A stretch of 48,140 bases of DNA, counting the filler, from Jimgerdemannia flammicorona (taxonomy: Eukaryota): NCBI GenBank assembly GCA_003990765.1. It is 2 parts of 2 records of this genome, joined end to end, with 100 filler letters (N's around TTAATTAATTAA, not from the genome) between each part and the next. Parts side by side here need not be neighbours in the genome. Positions count along the whole stretch, not along the records: positions 24,121 to 48,140 come from RBNJ01001031.1; 1 more part is not named here. One strand, 5' to 3'. This document shows positions 24,481 through 36,400 of the stretch, piece by piece (the first letter of the stretch is position 1; every line of letters starts with the position of its first letter). Position numbers and translations under genes: made by a program. The notes below the pieces were generated by a model that did no database searches, was not told where the DNA came from, and saw nothing but the letters and a program-made list of their open reading frames with translations.

Positions 24481-25772
24481 TATAGTAATTCATACATATG
24501 GTTTAACTCACAATAATATACACTCTCTCAAAGTAATCAAGCATATCTAATGTACTTTTTACACTACTATCTATAGAGGATACTATAATAATAGTCTCAA
24601 TATCAGATATAGCTTCAACAAGTATAGTTACAAGACAGTCTCATTACAGTCTGAGAAAGAAAAAGAAAAAGCACAAGAATACTCTAGTATTTGAAAGGAG
24701 TTTACAAAGGAGTATAAGGAAAATAGAGATATCCAAATTAAATATAACTACTATAAAGTATTATATAAGGCTATTGATAGTTCAACAATAAATTTATAAG
24801 TGCATTTTGATAAATATTATAAGAGTCATTAAAAAGAAGGGGAGATAGAGTTATTTTTTTTTCATAAGTATGTTTTTATAACTTGTCTACTTTTTTTTTT
24901 TTTTTTTTCTTATTAATTTATTGCTACTTTATATTATTTGAAATAGCCAAAATTCTCTATACCATTATTTTGCAAAAAGCTTGTTCACTGGATAATCTAT
25001 AATAATCAGACACTTTCTCTACTACCTTACTGGTCACAATAGTTTGGTAGGCAACCTTCTGAGTCTACTTTTCACAATTATTACCCTCTCTACCTTAGGT
25101 TGATTTGCTGTATCTCTTACAGAGCAGTGGGAGAGAGGCAATGGTGATGAGTTACCCCTTTATCAGTATCAGATCAGTGTCTTCTCAACTTTTTCATAGT
25201 TTCTGGTGCCTTTGGCTGCATCTGGAGTACATCTGTTTTGGTGTGGTGCCTTCTTCCTTTTACTGTCACCAACAAGGTACTGTCTTGGTGTGTCTCAGGC
25301 TATGTAGGGAGTCAGCCAACCTTGGGTATCAAGTACTCAGTATAGGTTACCTGCAGGTTCTTGGTATCTGTAGTGGGGCCCTCTGACTTTAGCGAGCTTC
25401 CTGGTGAGCATGGTTCTGGCATAGATGACTACTTTTCAGATGTTGTCAGAATGGGAGGGGAGATGGCCATCACAGATAGGAGGAAGGGTGATAATGGTGA
25501 ACCAGTAGGGTGCTAGGCTGGGGGCGGTCATCGGGGCTGGGGCAGGTGCTACTTCAGTGGGGCCTTTTGATTGATGCAGTGCAGTTAGGTGGTAGGTGTC
25601 AAAGGACCTTTTGCTCGAACCATTCAGAGCAAGCTAAGCCACACGGACATCTTTTCGTGACAAGCAACATGTTTTCAAGTTTTCCCGTCATCTATTCTGG
25701 TGTACAAGGTGCGGCAGGAGTCTAGCTACAGTATACAATAAGTCTCATCGATTTTGGTGGAGTTTTCATTGG

Positions 25773-27607
25773 ATGGCGACCCAGGGTTCATCAAGCTCTG
25801 AGCATTTGGAGAGGAGGAGGCCTGGTCTGGGTCTCCCCAAGAGTTTTGCGGCGACAGTTGGAGCAGGTGTAGGGGTAGGAGGAGTAGGTGGTCAGGGGGG
25901 GCAGGCTGGCATTGCAGGTTGGCACACAGTGATGGGGGGCAGGAGGGCGGCTACTAGGCCCATGGGGGGGGACATAGTGTTGACAGGGGTAGGGGTCAGG
26001 TGACCGGCCAGGTGATGGGTCAGGTGACTGTTCAGGTGCCTACTAGGGGCCAGGGGTCCGGAAGTAGTGTGTCTGGGACTGGTATTCCTGGGGCTGGGCC
26101 AGTGGCTGGGGTGACTGCTGGAGTATCGGAGAACAAGAAGAAGGTGACAATGGTAGCTGGATCTGGTGAACTGGTGGTGCGTCCCTTCTTCCACAAATCA
26201 GTGTTGATGTGGGCCATATCGGCTAATTTTTTGGAGCTGGGGATGTCTGTGAGAGAGGTCCTGCAGCTAGTTGGAGAGGAGATTGCAGGGGCGGAGTCGC
26301 TGAAGTTCATCCCTTCAGCTGAGGCAGTTGAGATAGGATTCGTTGAGGAGGAGGAGATGGTGAAGGCCTTAGAGAAAGGACTGGTCATCAAGAGAATCAA
26401 GGTTGGCATGGTGAGGTGCCTGAGGTGGGACCCATGGGCAGTACAACTGGTAATTGAAGGGCTGCTGACATTGGGGAGACAGGAGACCAAAGGAATGATG
26501 GCAGAGGCACTGGGGGCATTTGGTGAGATGGTTGACTTCGGGTTCATGTTTTGGGAGGGGACCAAGTTGAGGAATGGCAACTGTGAGGTGATGGTGAGGC
26601 TGGAAGGCAAGGAGGCTACGGGACAAGGGAGGGACTGGCCAGAAGTAGTTCGCATTGGAGGACAGGAGTGCAAGGTATGAAGAAGGAAGGGCTCGGAACA
26701 GGAGGAGGAGGAATTGCTAGTCACCCTAGAGGAGAGAGAGGCTGCGAAGGAATTGCGAAAGAGGAAATGGGAGGAGTTTGCCAAGGATTGGATCTGGATT
26801 CCGACTGATGGGAAGAGGAAGAGGTGGTGAAGGGCAAACTGGGAGCGTCTGCAGACAGTCCTCCAGGGCTCGAAAAAGGAGGAGGAGGAAAAAGCAGAGA
26901 TGGCCAAAAGTCAAATGGAAGAGGTGGAGATGGCTGAGGTGTCCTTCTCACAACTGGGGGGTGTGGAGGATTCTACTCATGTACCAGTGACAGGGAAGTG
27001 GGCAGATAAGGAGGAGGCAACCACTGGGGGCTTTGAGGAGGTTGTCAAGATAGTACCAGAGACCCAGTTGGAGGATGTTCACATGGCGGGAGTGGCGAAT
27101 GTGTATTAGGAATGCCCAGAGGCAGGTGAAGTGGTTTGGCTGGAGAAGGGCACTGAGGAGGACGATCTGGTGGATGTGGCTTCCGATGTATCAGCGGATA
27201 GAGAGATGCTGCAGGAGCTGAGTAGGACTCCAAGGCCTGCCACCCCGGGGCCCATGGTGATGATAGCAGATGACTGGTATCAGGCAGTGCTCGAGGAACT
27301 TGTGGAGGAGGATATCAAGGAAGTGGATATATTTAATAGATCGCAGGAGGCCTGGGAAGGGTTTCTCAACGTGGCATTGTAGGGGCCAAAGTTGGTGACA
27401 GCAATGGTGGCGGCACTTCTGGATAACGAAGGGTATGAGGTTGATGAGGACCATATGGCTGAAATCAGGAAGGTGGCATCAGAGCGAGTGGCAGTCTTTT
27501 GCAATGGGGTGAATGGAGCACACATCTGGAGGGGTATCTGTGAGGAATGGAAGGCTATTATTTGCAGTAGGGCTGAGAAGGTGGTGGCGAACCCAGTGGA
27601 AATTTAA
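25773..27607 (+). pseudogene. B3 ORF1 (frameshift near 25970, several stops)
   Basis: MATQGSSSSEHLERRRPG...KSFAA; homologous to B2 ORF1 through to the stop at 27607. Confidence 0.88.
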
Positions 27608-27619
27608 ATATTTACATTC

Positions 27620-30600
27620 ATGATGATGAACAGTCTATATATATTATCACTAAATGTCAATGGTTTATGTGATGGAGTGAAGCAAAGGCATTTGTTTTGG
27701 TGGCTGAAGAACAGGAGATATGACTTGATATTTCTGCAGGACATTTGGGCCTATGGGGAGCAAGATTATGAGGAGTGGAGCAAGGAATGGTATGGGAGCA
27801 TAGGGTGGAATGAGCAGGTGGGAATTCTGGTTGGCTTGGGGAGAGGAGAGCTAAAGGAGGTCGAGAGATATGGTGATTGATTGGTCTGGGAGAGACTAAA
27901 AGGAGGTGCAGGCGATGGGCTTGTAGTTGGCTCAGCATATCTGCTAGCGGTTGGCAGAGAGTGAAACCAATGGGTAGAAGGTTGGCTAGATTGGGAAGGC
28001 TGAGAGGAGATTGGGCTGGACATTTTGGGAGGAGACTTCAACATGGTTCGTGACAGGACATTAGATAGGTCTGATGGTGGAATCAGCGTGGCAGTTTCTA
28101 CAGGGCTCTCATGATAGCTTCAAGTGGAGAAGGAAATGGGATTAGTTGATGGAGTACAACAACGTCAAGGGGAGAAGTCAGGGCCATTTACTAGGTGGCA
28201 TCCAGTTGGTGAGGATTTGGTTGGTACAAGGATTGATTGGATTTTGGTAGCAGAATACTGGGGTAATGTTTTGGATTCAACTGAGGTACGGTGGTGTCCC
28301 TGATCAGATCACTGGGGTGTAGAGGTGTGTGGGAGATTTCAGGCAGCCAGTGGTGGTGGAGGCAGATGGCGACTTAATGTGGCATTACTCAAGAGACAGG
28401 TGGAGCGGGACCAGTTTGTCAAAATTGTAAGACAGGAAGTAGCATGGTGGAAGAATAGTGGCCAGTCAATAGCACAGTGGTGGGGGAAATTTAAACATCT
28501 GGCAGGTGCATTCTGGCATGATGTAGGAGAGATAGCAGGAAGGGAGCAGAAGGATAGAGAGAGGAGAGCAGAGCAGGGGCTGTGCTGGCGGTTGAGACTT
28601 TTAGAGAGAGAGAACCCCTCAGGGGAATAGCGCTCCCTGTTGATCAAGGAGGTGGCAGAGTTGCAGTCAGATTTGAAGGCTGCAGAAGATAGAGTGGTGG
28701 ATGGGTTGCTGGCAAGATTGCGAGCCAAGTGGTTGGAAGAAGGAGAGCGACCCACCAAATACTTGTCTGGCATCTTGAAGGCAAGAAGGGTGAGGCACAG
28801 CTGGGCTTCTGTGTTGTGGGAGGATGGTACTGAGGTGACTGATATCTCAGACATGCTTGGGGAGATCTCTGGTTGATGGTGCACCCTGTGGCAGGATGAT
28901 GGAGGGCTGATGGAGGGAGAGGCAGCACTGGAGGACAATAACAATTTGGTCGGCAGCTGGCCAGTGGTGGCAGAGCCGGCAATTGGTGGGGCAGTAATGG
29001 GCAGGGTGTCCCTTGAAGAAGTGTTAGAGGTTCTGAGGAAAGTGCATACTGGTTCATCACCAGGGGAGGATGGACTGCCTTGGGAGTTCTGGAAGAAATT
29101 TCAAACTGAGCTTGGGGAATAGCTGGTGGAAATGGTGAACTTTACACTGGGGGAAGGCTGCTGGATTGGCAATGGCTCCTTAGGGCTAGTCTCTCTGCTC
29201 TATAAGGAGAAAGGGGACAGACATGTGTGGTGGAACTGGAGACCCATCATGTTACTGAATGTGGATAGGAAGTTGGTCTCTAAGATTCTGGCAGGGAGAA
29301 TGCAACAATGGATTGGCCAATTGGTGGGTGATGAACAGCAAGGGTTTGTGAAGGGGAGGCAGATTAGAGACAGTACAGTATGGGTGCAAAATGTTTTGGA
29401 AGGTTGTTGAAGTCAGCAAGTAGATGGGAGGATGGTGTTTTTGGACCAGGAGAAGGCTTATGATAGGGTGCGGTGGAACTACTTGGAGGCGGTTCTATGG
29501 AAGGCCGGGTTTGATATGGGGGAGGCTCAAAAGCTGATGGGTCTGGTACGAGGTTGCCAGGCTGCAGTGTTGATGAATGGGTGGAGTGGCCCGGAGTTCC
29601 TCTTAGGGCGAGGTGTGCCACAGGGAGATCCTCTCTCACCCCTGCTTTATATTTTATCTTTGGAGCCCTTGTTGGTGTGGTTGAGGGGGAGGCTTACCAG
29701 ATTGAAAATGGGGGATGTGGTCTGGAAGATGGGGGCCTTTGCAGACGATATGGTAGTAGGGTTAGACAGTGTGGAAGATGTGGCGAGCTTACAGAAAGAG
29801 ATAGGACAGTATGAGACACTGGCAGGAGCAAAGCTGAACTGGGGCAAGTACGAGACTATGGAGCTTGAAGCTGGATTGGGGGAGCATGGACATTTTGGAC
29901 AATTGGTTAGACCTGGGGAAGCAGTTTGATATCTGGGCATCTGGTTCTCGGTTTATGGGATGGTGCTGCCAAAAGAGTGGTGGTGTGGAATGATACAGAA
30001 GTGGGAGAATGCCTTGGTGGGCTGGTCTGGGAGGGGCTTCTCCTTGGTTGGGAGGATTGTAGTTTTGAATGTATACTGGTTACCGAAGTTGTGGTACTTG
30101 GGGTACCACCTGAACTTTCCAGGATGGGTAATTCAAAAGCTGAAGAAGGTGGTCAAAGGATGGCTGTAGTAGGGAAGGAGATCGCAGATTAGTTGGGAAA
30201 TTATGGTAATGGCGAAGGCAGATGGAGATCTGGGGTTGGTGGACTTCAGAAGGCGGCTGAAGGTACTTCGAGGCTGGTGGGGTTGTTGAATGGCAGAATT
30301 AGGAGGGGAGGGTTGGAGCAAACTGGCTATGGACAACTGGGAAGTTCGGTTCTGCCCCCGGAGCGAGGTTTGGAAGGACATGTGAGGTTTGCTCTAGGTT
30401 GGAAGGGTTAGCAGGTTACATTATAGGAGATTTTGGTGGGGTATTGTAGAAGCTTGGCTAGTAATGGGCCTCATGGGCCCAGAACCTGGCAAAGAAGAGG
30501 AGGACCCAGATCGATGATAGTGGCAATTTGGTGTGATTCATATTGGCGGCTGCCCGTTGCTCTTTGTCTGAGGCGATGGAGTGGATCCGGACAGGTCTAC

Positions 30601-31251
30601 TTGAGAGGTGGCCAGTTGGTTGGCAGAAGGCTGGGTTTGGAGAAGAATGGGAGTGGGGTCGGGTTTGGGGCTGGGAGACCTCACTACTCAAGATTGCCCT
30701 GTCCAAGTTCTGGGTGGTATAGTGGTGATTTCTGTGGAGGAACATCATGCTGGGGTACAGGATGGGGTGGATGGTAGAAGAAGGTGTAAGGGAATGTGAG
30801 TGGTGTTGTGAGCTGGATGGGGGAGTAGTGCAGACTCTGGAGTATGTTCTGGTGGCCTGTCCAGGGGTTGAAGGATTTTGGTAGACATTGGAAGATTACT
30901 GGGGGGAGGAGAGTGAGCAGGCAGGGGGCCCCACTTGTCAGGTGGTCAAGCATCGCCTGGTGGGAGAAATTGGGGACATCTGGGAAGGCCTGGGTCGGAT
31001 TATCGGCATCTGGGTACTGATGGTGGTGCACTGGCGATGGGTGTTCAAGAGGGATCCCTGGATGGGAATTGGAGAATTGGTGGAGTGGTGGAAGGGGTTG
31101 CTCTTGGAAGTGGTGTAAGGGTGGTGGTACATATCAGGGGAAGAGGCACCAGTTGGGGGCCATGAAGAAGGTGTTAGACATTGTTCAGAGAAGTCGGGAA
31201 CACCTTGTACTTGGTGAGAAGGGGGTGAGGTGGAAAGAAGGGGTGGGCTGA
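27620..31251 (+). pseudogene. B3 ORF2 (EN-RT-Cys motif), disrupted
   Basis: SLNVNGL, FLQD, GGDFN, TRIDW, SPGEDG, LDQEKAYD, GVPQGDPLSP, AFADD, ECEWCCELDG. Confidence 0.92.
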
Positions 31252-31376
31252 ATGGCCCTTCTTTGTATTACTTTAAATAGTTATGGGTTGAGTTCATTAT
31301 TGTTTTAAAGGTAATCATAGAGATATGTGGATAGTGTTCTCTTTCTAGACTAGTGGAATAAAGGAGTCCAAGTAAC

Positions 31377-31430
<54 letters not shown>

Positions 31431-32015
31431 TGGTAGGTCTCACTCTCAGCTTCTTTTGATGATTCGGCAGGTTGGGCCTTGGTTGTCAGAGGGGGTCAGG
31501 GGGCCCAAGGCTACCTATTTCAGGCATCTTGGCTGCACTCAACTGGAACCAGAAGCTGACATGGCAATGTGATTGAGGCCTACAGGCTTGAGTAGTGAGG
31601 TATTGGAGGTCTCCTCCCACCTCATGTGTAAGTCCCCCACCCACCTCAACTGGGAGAACCAGGCCCTATCTACCATGTTGTACTTTGATGAGGGTTTTTC
31701 TTTGCCTGTCATTCTCTTTGGGGTGGTAGGGGCTATTCTATTCAGCTTGGGCATGGCCTTGTACATACATTGGGTTCTTGGGCATGCGCTTTCAGTCATT
31801 GGCATATGGCTGGGTTTCTCCTAGTAGTAGAGAGAGCATGGTGTGCAGAATGAGGTGCGGGCTGCCATAGGTCCTGCTATACCTGGTATGGTCAAGCTAC
31901 TGGACAATAGCTAGCCTAGATTAATAGGGGGGCAGTGCTTGATGGGTGGTGGAGGAGGGATTTGGTCTATATAGTCTAGGTTCTCTTCTAATAAAAATCT
32001 GCGAGACATTGAGTC

Positions 32016-32056
<41 letters not shown>

Positions 32057-32524
32057 AAAATCTGTAATAGTCAGCCTTTTACAGTTATTGAGAATTTGGA
32101 GTTAAAAGATCTCTTTTGCCTTCTGAAACTAAACATTACTATTCCTTCTACTAGAACTATATAAAATGAAATTAAACTGATCTTTAAACAGAACTGTGAT
32201 ACTGTCAAAATTATGCTACAGATAAGATCTAATATTTTAACATTAAATATCAATTCAAATTAATCTTATTTCAATTTAATTTGTTTAAAAATAGAATATA
32301 CCAGGTTGAATATCCTTTACTGTTAATATATAGATATCACTAAATATGCATATTTCTTAGAATTAATATATATTAGATCTGTCAGAATTAACAACTTAAC
32401 TATATATTGATTAATTTTGTCAAGCTATTAAAATCTCATTTGGGTGAAAATCTTGTTGATACTTTTGGAAGATGTGTTTGAGATTTTGGTATACAGATAA
32501 AGATATATAGAGAGTAAGTCTTTA

Positions 32525-32738
32525 GATCAGGTTTTTAAAAAAGATTAGGATTTTCAAAAAAGATTGAGATTTTCAAAAATTGTTAGGACTTTTGAAAAAG
32601 ATTGGGATTTTTAAAAAAGGTCAGAATTTTCAAAAAAGGTCAGAGTTTTCAAAAAAGATTGGGATTTTTGAAAAAGATCAGGATTTTTAAAAAGATTGGG
32701 ATTTTCAAAAAAGATCAGAATTTTAAAAAAAAAAAAAC
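32525..32738. repeat. ~19-bp minisatellite (AAAAAAGATTRGGATTTTY, ~10 copies) inside a probable intron of the hAT transposase
   Basis: Visible tandem units, bracketed by GTAAGT (32514) and CTCTAG (~32777); transposase motifs resume after it. Confidence 0.8.
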
Positions 32739-33420
32739 TGTTATCTTATATTTTGAATTATTGATTTTTTACTCTAGATATTGGCTATAACAATAGATAA
32801 TATATCCAATAATAATATATTTTTTCAAGCAATCAGAATGGAGTTTGATATTGGTCTCAACTATCAGCCAATATAATATATTCACTATCTGATTTATATT
32901 ATTAATCTGACCACTCAGGCCTTTTTAGTCTATATGAAGACTGATGATGATAGAGAAATGACTTCAAGGCTCCAGACAAGTATTATTAAGATCCAGTCAT
33001 CACCACAGTATCTTGAGTGATTTAAAACACAATATAAAGCTTTTGGAATTAGCAATCTAAAAGAACTTATTTTGGATATTAAGACTCAGTAGAACTTAAC
33101 ATATTTTATAATTGAATAGGCCTTGGAATTATCAGAGATAAGCTTTATATTATTATATTATGTTATATTTATTAATGAATTAATTTTTATTAATAGCCCT
33201 TAACCTCAATAGTTATAGCTGATAAAGATTTATGAAAATATGCTATTGAAGATGAATATACTTAGCAGATGCTAAAAGATATCATTTCTGTTCTAAAGAG
33301 CTTTTGAAAAGCAACAGATTTTATAGCTCAGCATAAATATATAATGATTTATATAACTATTCTGATTTACAACTTTCTACTGAATATATTAGAGGATAAT
33401 AACAAAGATATTCAAATTAC

Positions 33421-36400
33421 CACATCTTTCTCCAGTAACATTCAGGTTATACAATCTTCTGGCAATACTTACAATATAGTTTTTGGAGAAAGACACTCGA
33501 AACATAGTGACTAATGAGTGTTCTAAGATATGTACTGAGCAGAGAGACCCAAGTACATTTGACTGACAATATATAAAGAGAGGCTCTGGCTTGGGGGGAA
33601 GCATGAGGGACCTGTTGGCAGGAGAATGTGGAAGAGGAGAGAGCAGTGTTGGAGGATAGAGAAGTGGGAGAGCAAGCTTTGCAGATATGGTAAAGGGGAG
33701 GCAGATAGTGACTGAACTGGAGGGTTGACTGAAGAGGAGCAAGGAGACAGCAAAGACTATAGGGTAGCAGTAACAGAGGGAAGCCCCTCTGGAGGACCAG
33801 AGCAGTGGGTCTGGTGGAGTAGTGGCTGAGGAGATGGCTGCTGATGGAAGCATAATAGGTAATCTAAAAAAAAATCTAGATAGGACTGCTGATAGTAGAC
33901 CAGGGTGTAGGAAGGATATAAGGCCTAGTGATCTAACTGATAGTGTAACAGGTCTGATGATAGCTCTATTACTCAAAAAGTCAATCTCAGAGTTTATAGT
34001 TATCTTGTACTTCCAGGGCTTGGTAGTGATGGCAAAAATGGTATTGGGGCTGATTGCTAAGCAGGTAGCTAGAGCAGTATTTATGAAGTTCCTGAAGAGA
34101 TTAGATGGGGTGGAGGTGGGCTTTGAGAAGACTGGACTATTGGAGGAGGTACTGAAGGCTGGACTGACTGTTGAGGAGGTGTACATTTTAATAGCATACT
34201 GCTTGAGGTAGGACCCCAGGGTGGTGCAACTTCTGGTGAAAGAGGTGTCATGGTGACTGTGGTGAAGATAAGGAGGAGAGTTGAGGAAGTCATGGCTAAG
34301 TATAGAGAGATAGTGGATATTGGGTTCTGAGTCTGAGAAGGGACCTCATTCAGGACTGGAGATATTGATGTCTGGATTCAACTGGTAGGGAAAGAAGCTA
34401 CTGAGAAGACCAGGAACTGGTCTTCAGTAATAGTATGGGGGGTATTCCTATGCAAGGTGACAAGGGTGAAGAGGAGTGAGGAGGAGAAAGAGAATTTGTT
34501 GGAGATACTGAAGGAGCTGAGCAGTGCCGTAGAGTAAAGGGTGAAGGCTTGGAAGATACATATAGAGTCAACTTATTTGGAGGTAGTAGATGGGAAGTAG
34601 ATCTGGGTGAATAAGGGGCTGTAGGAAAGATCCCAAGAATGCAAGAGGCAGAGAGAGTTATTGGTGAACCTAGAGAGCAGGACAAGAAGGATGCGGGTAG
34701 ACCTGCAGTCATGGAGGGAGCCAAAGCAAGCATCTGGGCTAGTGAAGAGAGAGGGAGTATAGAGAAGGGGCCAGAAGTAGACAAGGGAGGAACTAGTTAT
34801 AACCTATATACAGATAGTACATTTGAGATCTGGGAGGACTCTCTAACTTCTACTTCTCTTATTAGATGAGGTCCAGCTTCAAGGAGCAGAGTGATAGAGA
34901 ATATACCTATGTGGGGGACCCAGCAAGTATACTTTGGAGTTCCTAAGGTAGCAAAGGGTGGCCAGATAGTAGCAGTTGGTGAAGATGAACTAGTAGATAT
35001 TCAAGAGGAGGAGTGGGATGAGACTGTGAGTACAGAGACTAATACCATAATGCTGGATAGAGGGAGACTAGTAACTCGAGAGAGGAAGGAGGCAGAGAAC
35101 CTACTATGGATATACTAAATGATGAACAACTTTACAGTAGAGGAGTTGAGAGAGGTGGATCTGAGGGTAATAAGTAAAGAGTATTGGATATAGATCTTGT
35201 ATGGTGATGGAGTGGTGGAGATACTGAAGGCAGAGATTCTTGTAGTTTTTCTAGAGGAGAAAGTATATAAGGTTGATAAGGAGAGAGAGGCTGAGTTGGT
35301 AGTTGCAGCTAGTGAGCAGGCTGCCTTCTGTTGGGTAGAGCATCATGGATTGTAGCTCTAGCAGGAGGCTTACCTGGAGTATCATGAGGATTTCAAGGAG
35401 AAGGAGGATGGGGAACTTGCTGAACTACTGATTGAATTGAAGACAAAAAGGATTGAAGAGGGGGAGGTGACTACTGAACATAATCTAGACTTGGCTCAGG
35501 AGAAGATGACCATGGAGTAGTAGAGAATGTGCTTGCTATTTTACAATATCCCTATGAACAGTACAACTAATATTTTTTTCTTGAATATAAATAAGTTATA
35601 GGGTTCATTTAGATATAGAAAAAATTTTGCTTGACTGAAGGGATTGGAGGCTGATCTCTTTCTTTTATAGGATATCAGATGTGAGAATGATTTGGATAAA
35701 CTAGAATAAACAAAGAAATAGAGAGGTGAGGTAGTTTAGAAGGGCAAGGTAGAGATTCTGGTCCAGAGAGACAGAGGGGAGATATAGGATATAAAGTGCT
35801 GAAGAGACAGGCTGGTTTGGAGAGAGTGAATATAACCAGGTTAGGAGCCAGTAGCAGTGGATTCATACTACTGTCCAGTGGTATGGGGGGAGTGAGTAGA
35901 TTGGATGAAGAGACTTCAGAAGAGTGGGGCCCTCATAGAGGCAGAAGTAGATGTACTTGGAGGGGACTTTAATATAGTCAGAGATATACTAGTAGATAGA
36001 ACTGATGGAGAGTGAGGGGCAGAGAGCAGAAGTGGAGAACTGGAGGTATAGGAAGAGGTGAAAAGGCTAAGTATTCTAGTGGATACTGGCAGAGGGTTCT
36101 GGGGTAATAGGAGGATATACATGCACTGGGTGGGTGGCCTAGAGACAAGGATCAACTAGGTTCTGACAGCAGACTGCTGGGGATCGGATGTCTAGAAGTC
36201 ACTGGAGGCTGAGTGATATCTGTGGTCTGATTATTAGGGGCTGCTGGGACAGAGTCTTTTTGGAGGGAGTGGAGATAGGCCTGGACATTGATATCTCAAT
36301 TCCTCTTTGTTAGATAATAAGATACTATAGGATGAGTAGGCTGAGGATATTTGGCTATGGGTAGAGGGTTGGATACAAAAAGGTACCCCAATTGGGGTCT

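Larger units (their letters stand above)
25602..31428 (+). mobile_element. Full-length family B LINE copy B3 with TSD and ~49 nt poly(A)
   Basis: TSD GGTGGTAGGT(G/C)TCA at 25588-25601 and 31429-31442. The empty site is seen in C3 (~43868-43890). Confidence 0.95.
25010..32058 (+). mobile_element. Non-autonomous poly(A)-tailed retroelement 'C', copy C1 (25010-25601 + 31429-32058; ~1.17 kb plus tail), interrupted by LINE B3
   Basis: TSD AATCTATAATAATCAG (24994-25009) / AATCTGTAATAGTCAG (32059-32074). The joined halves are colinear with copy C3. AATAAA precedes the A tail. Confidence 0.88.

Noticed and set aside
31573..31824. Hydrophobic, membrane-protein-like ORF in element C
   Set aside because: No ATG at the track start, the frame is broken in C2/C3, and G/T-rich DNA readily gives hydrophobic translations; retest on a consensus.
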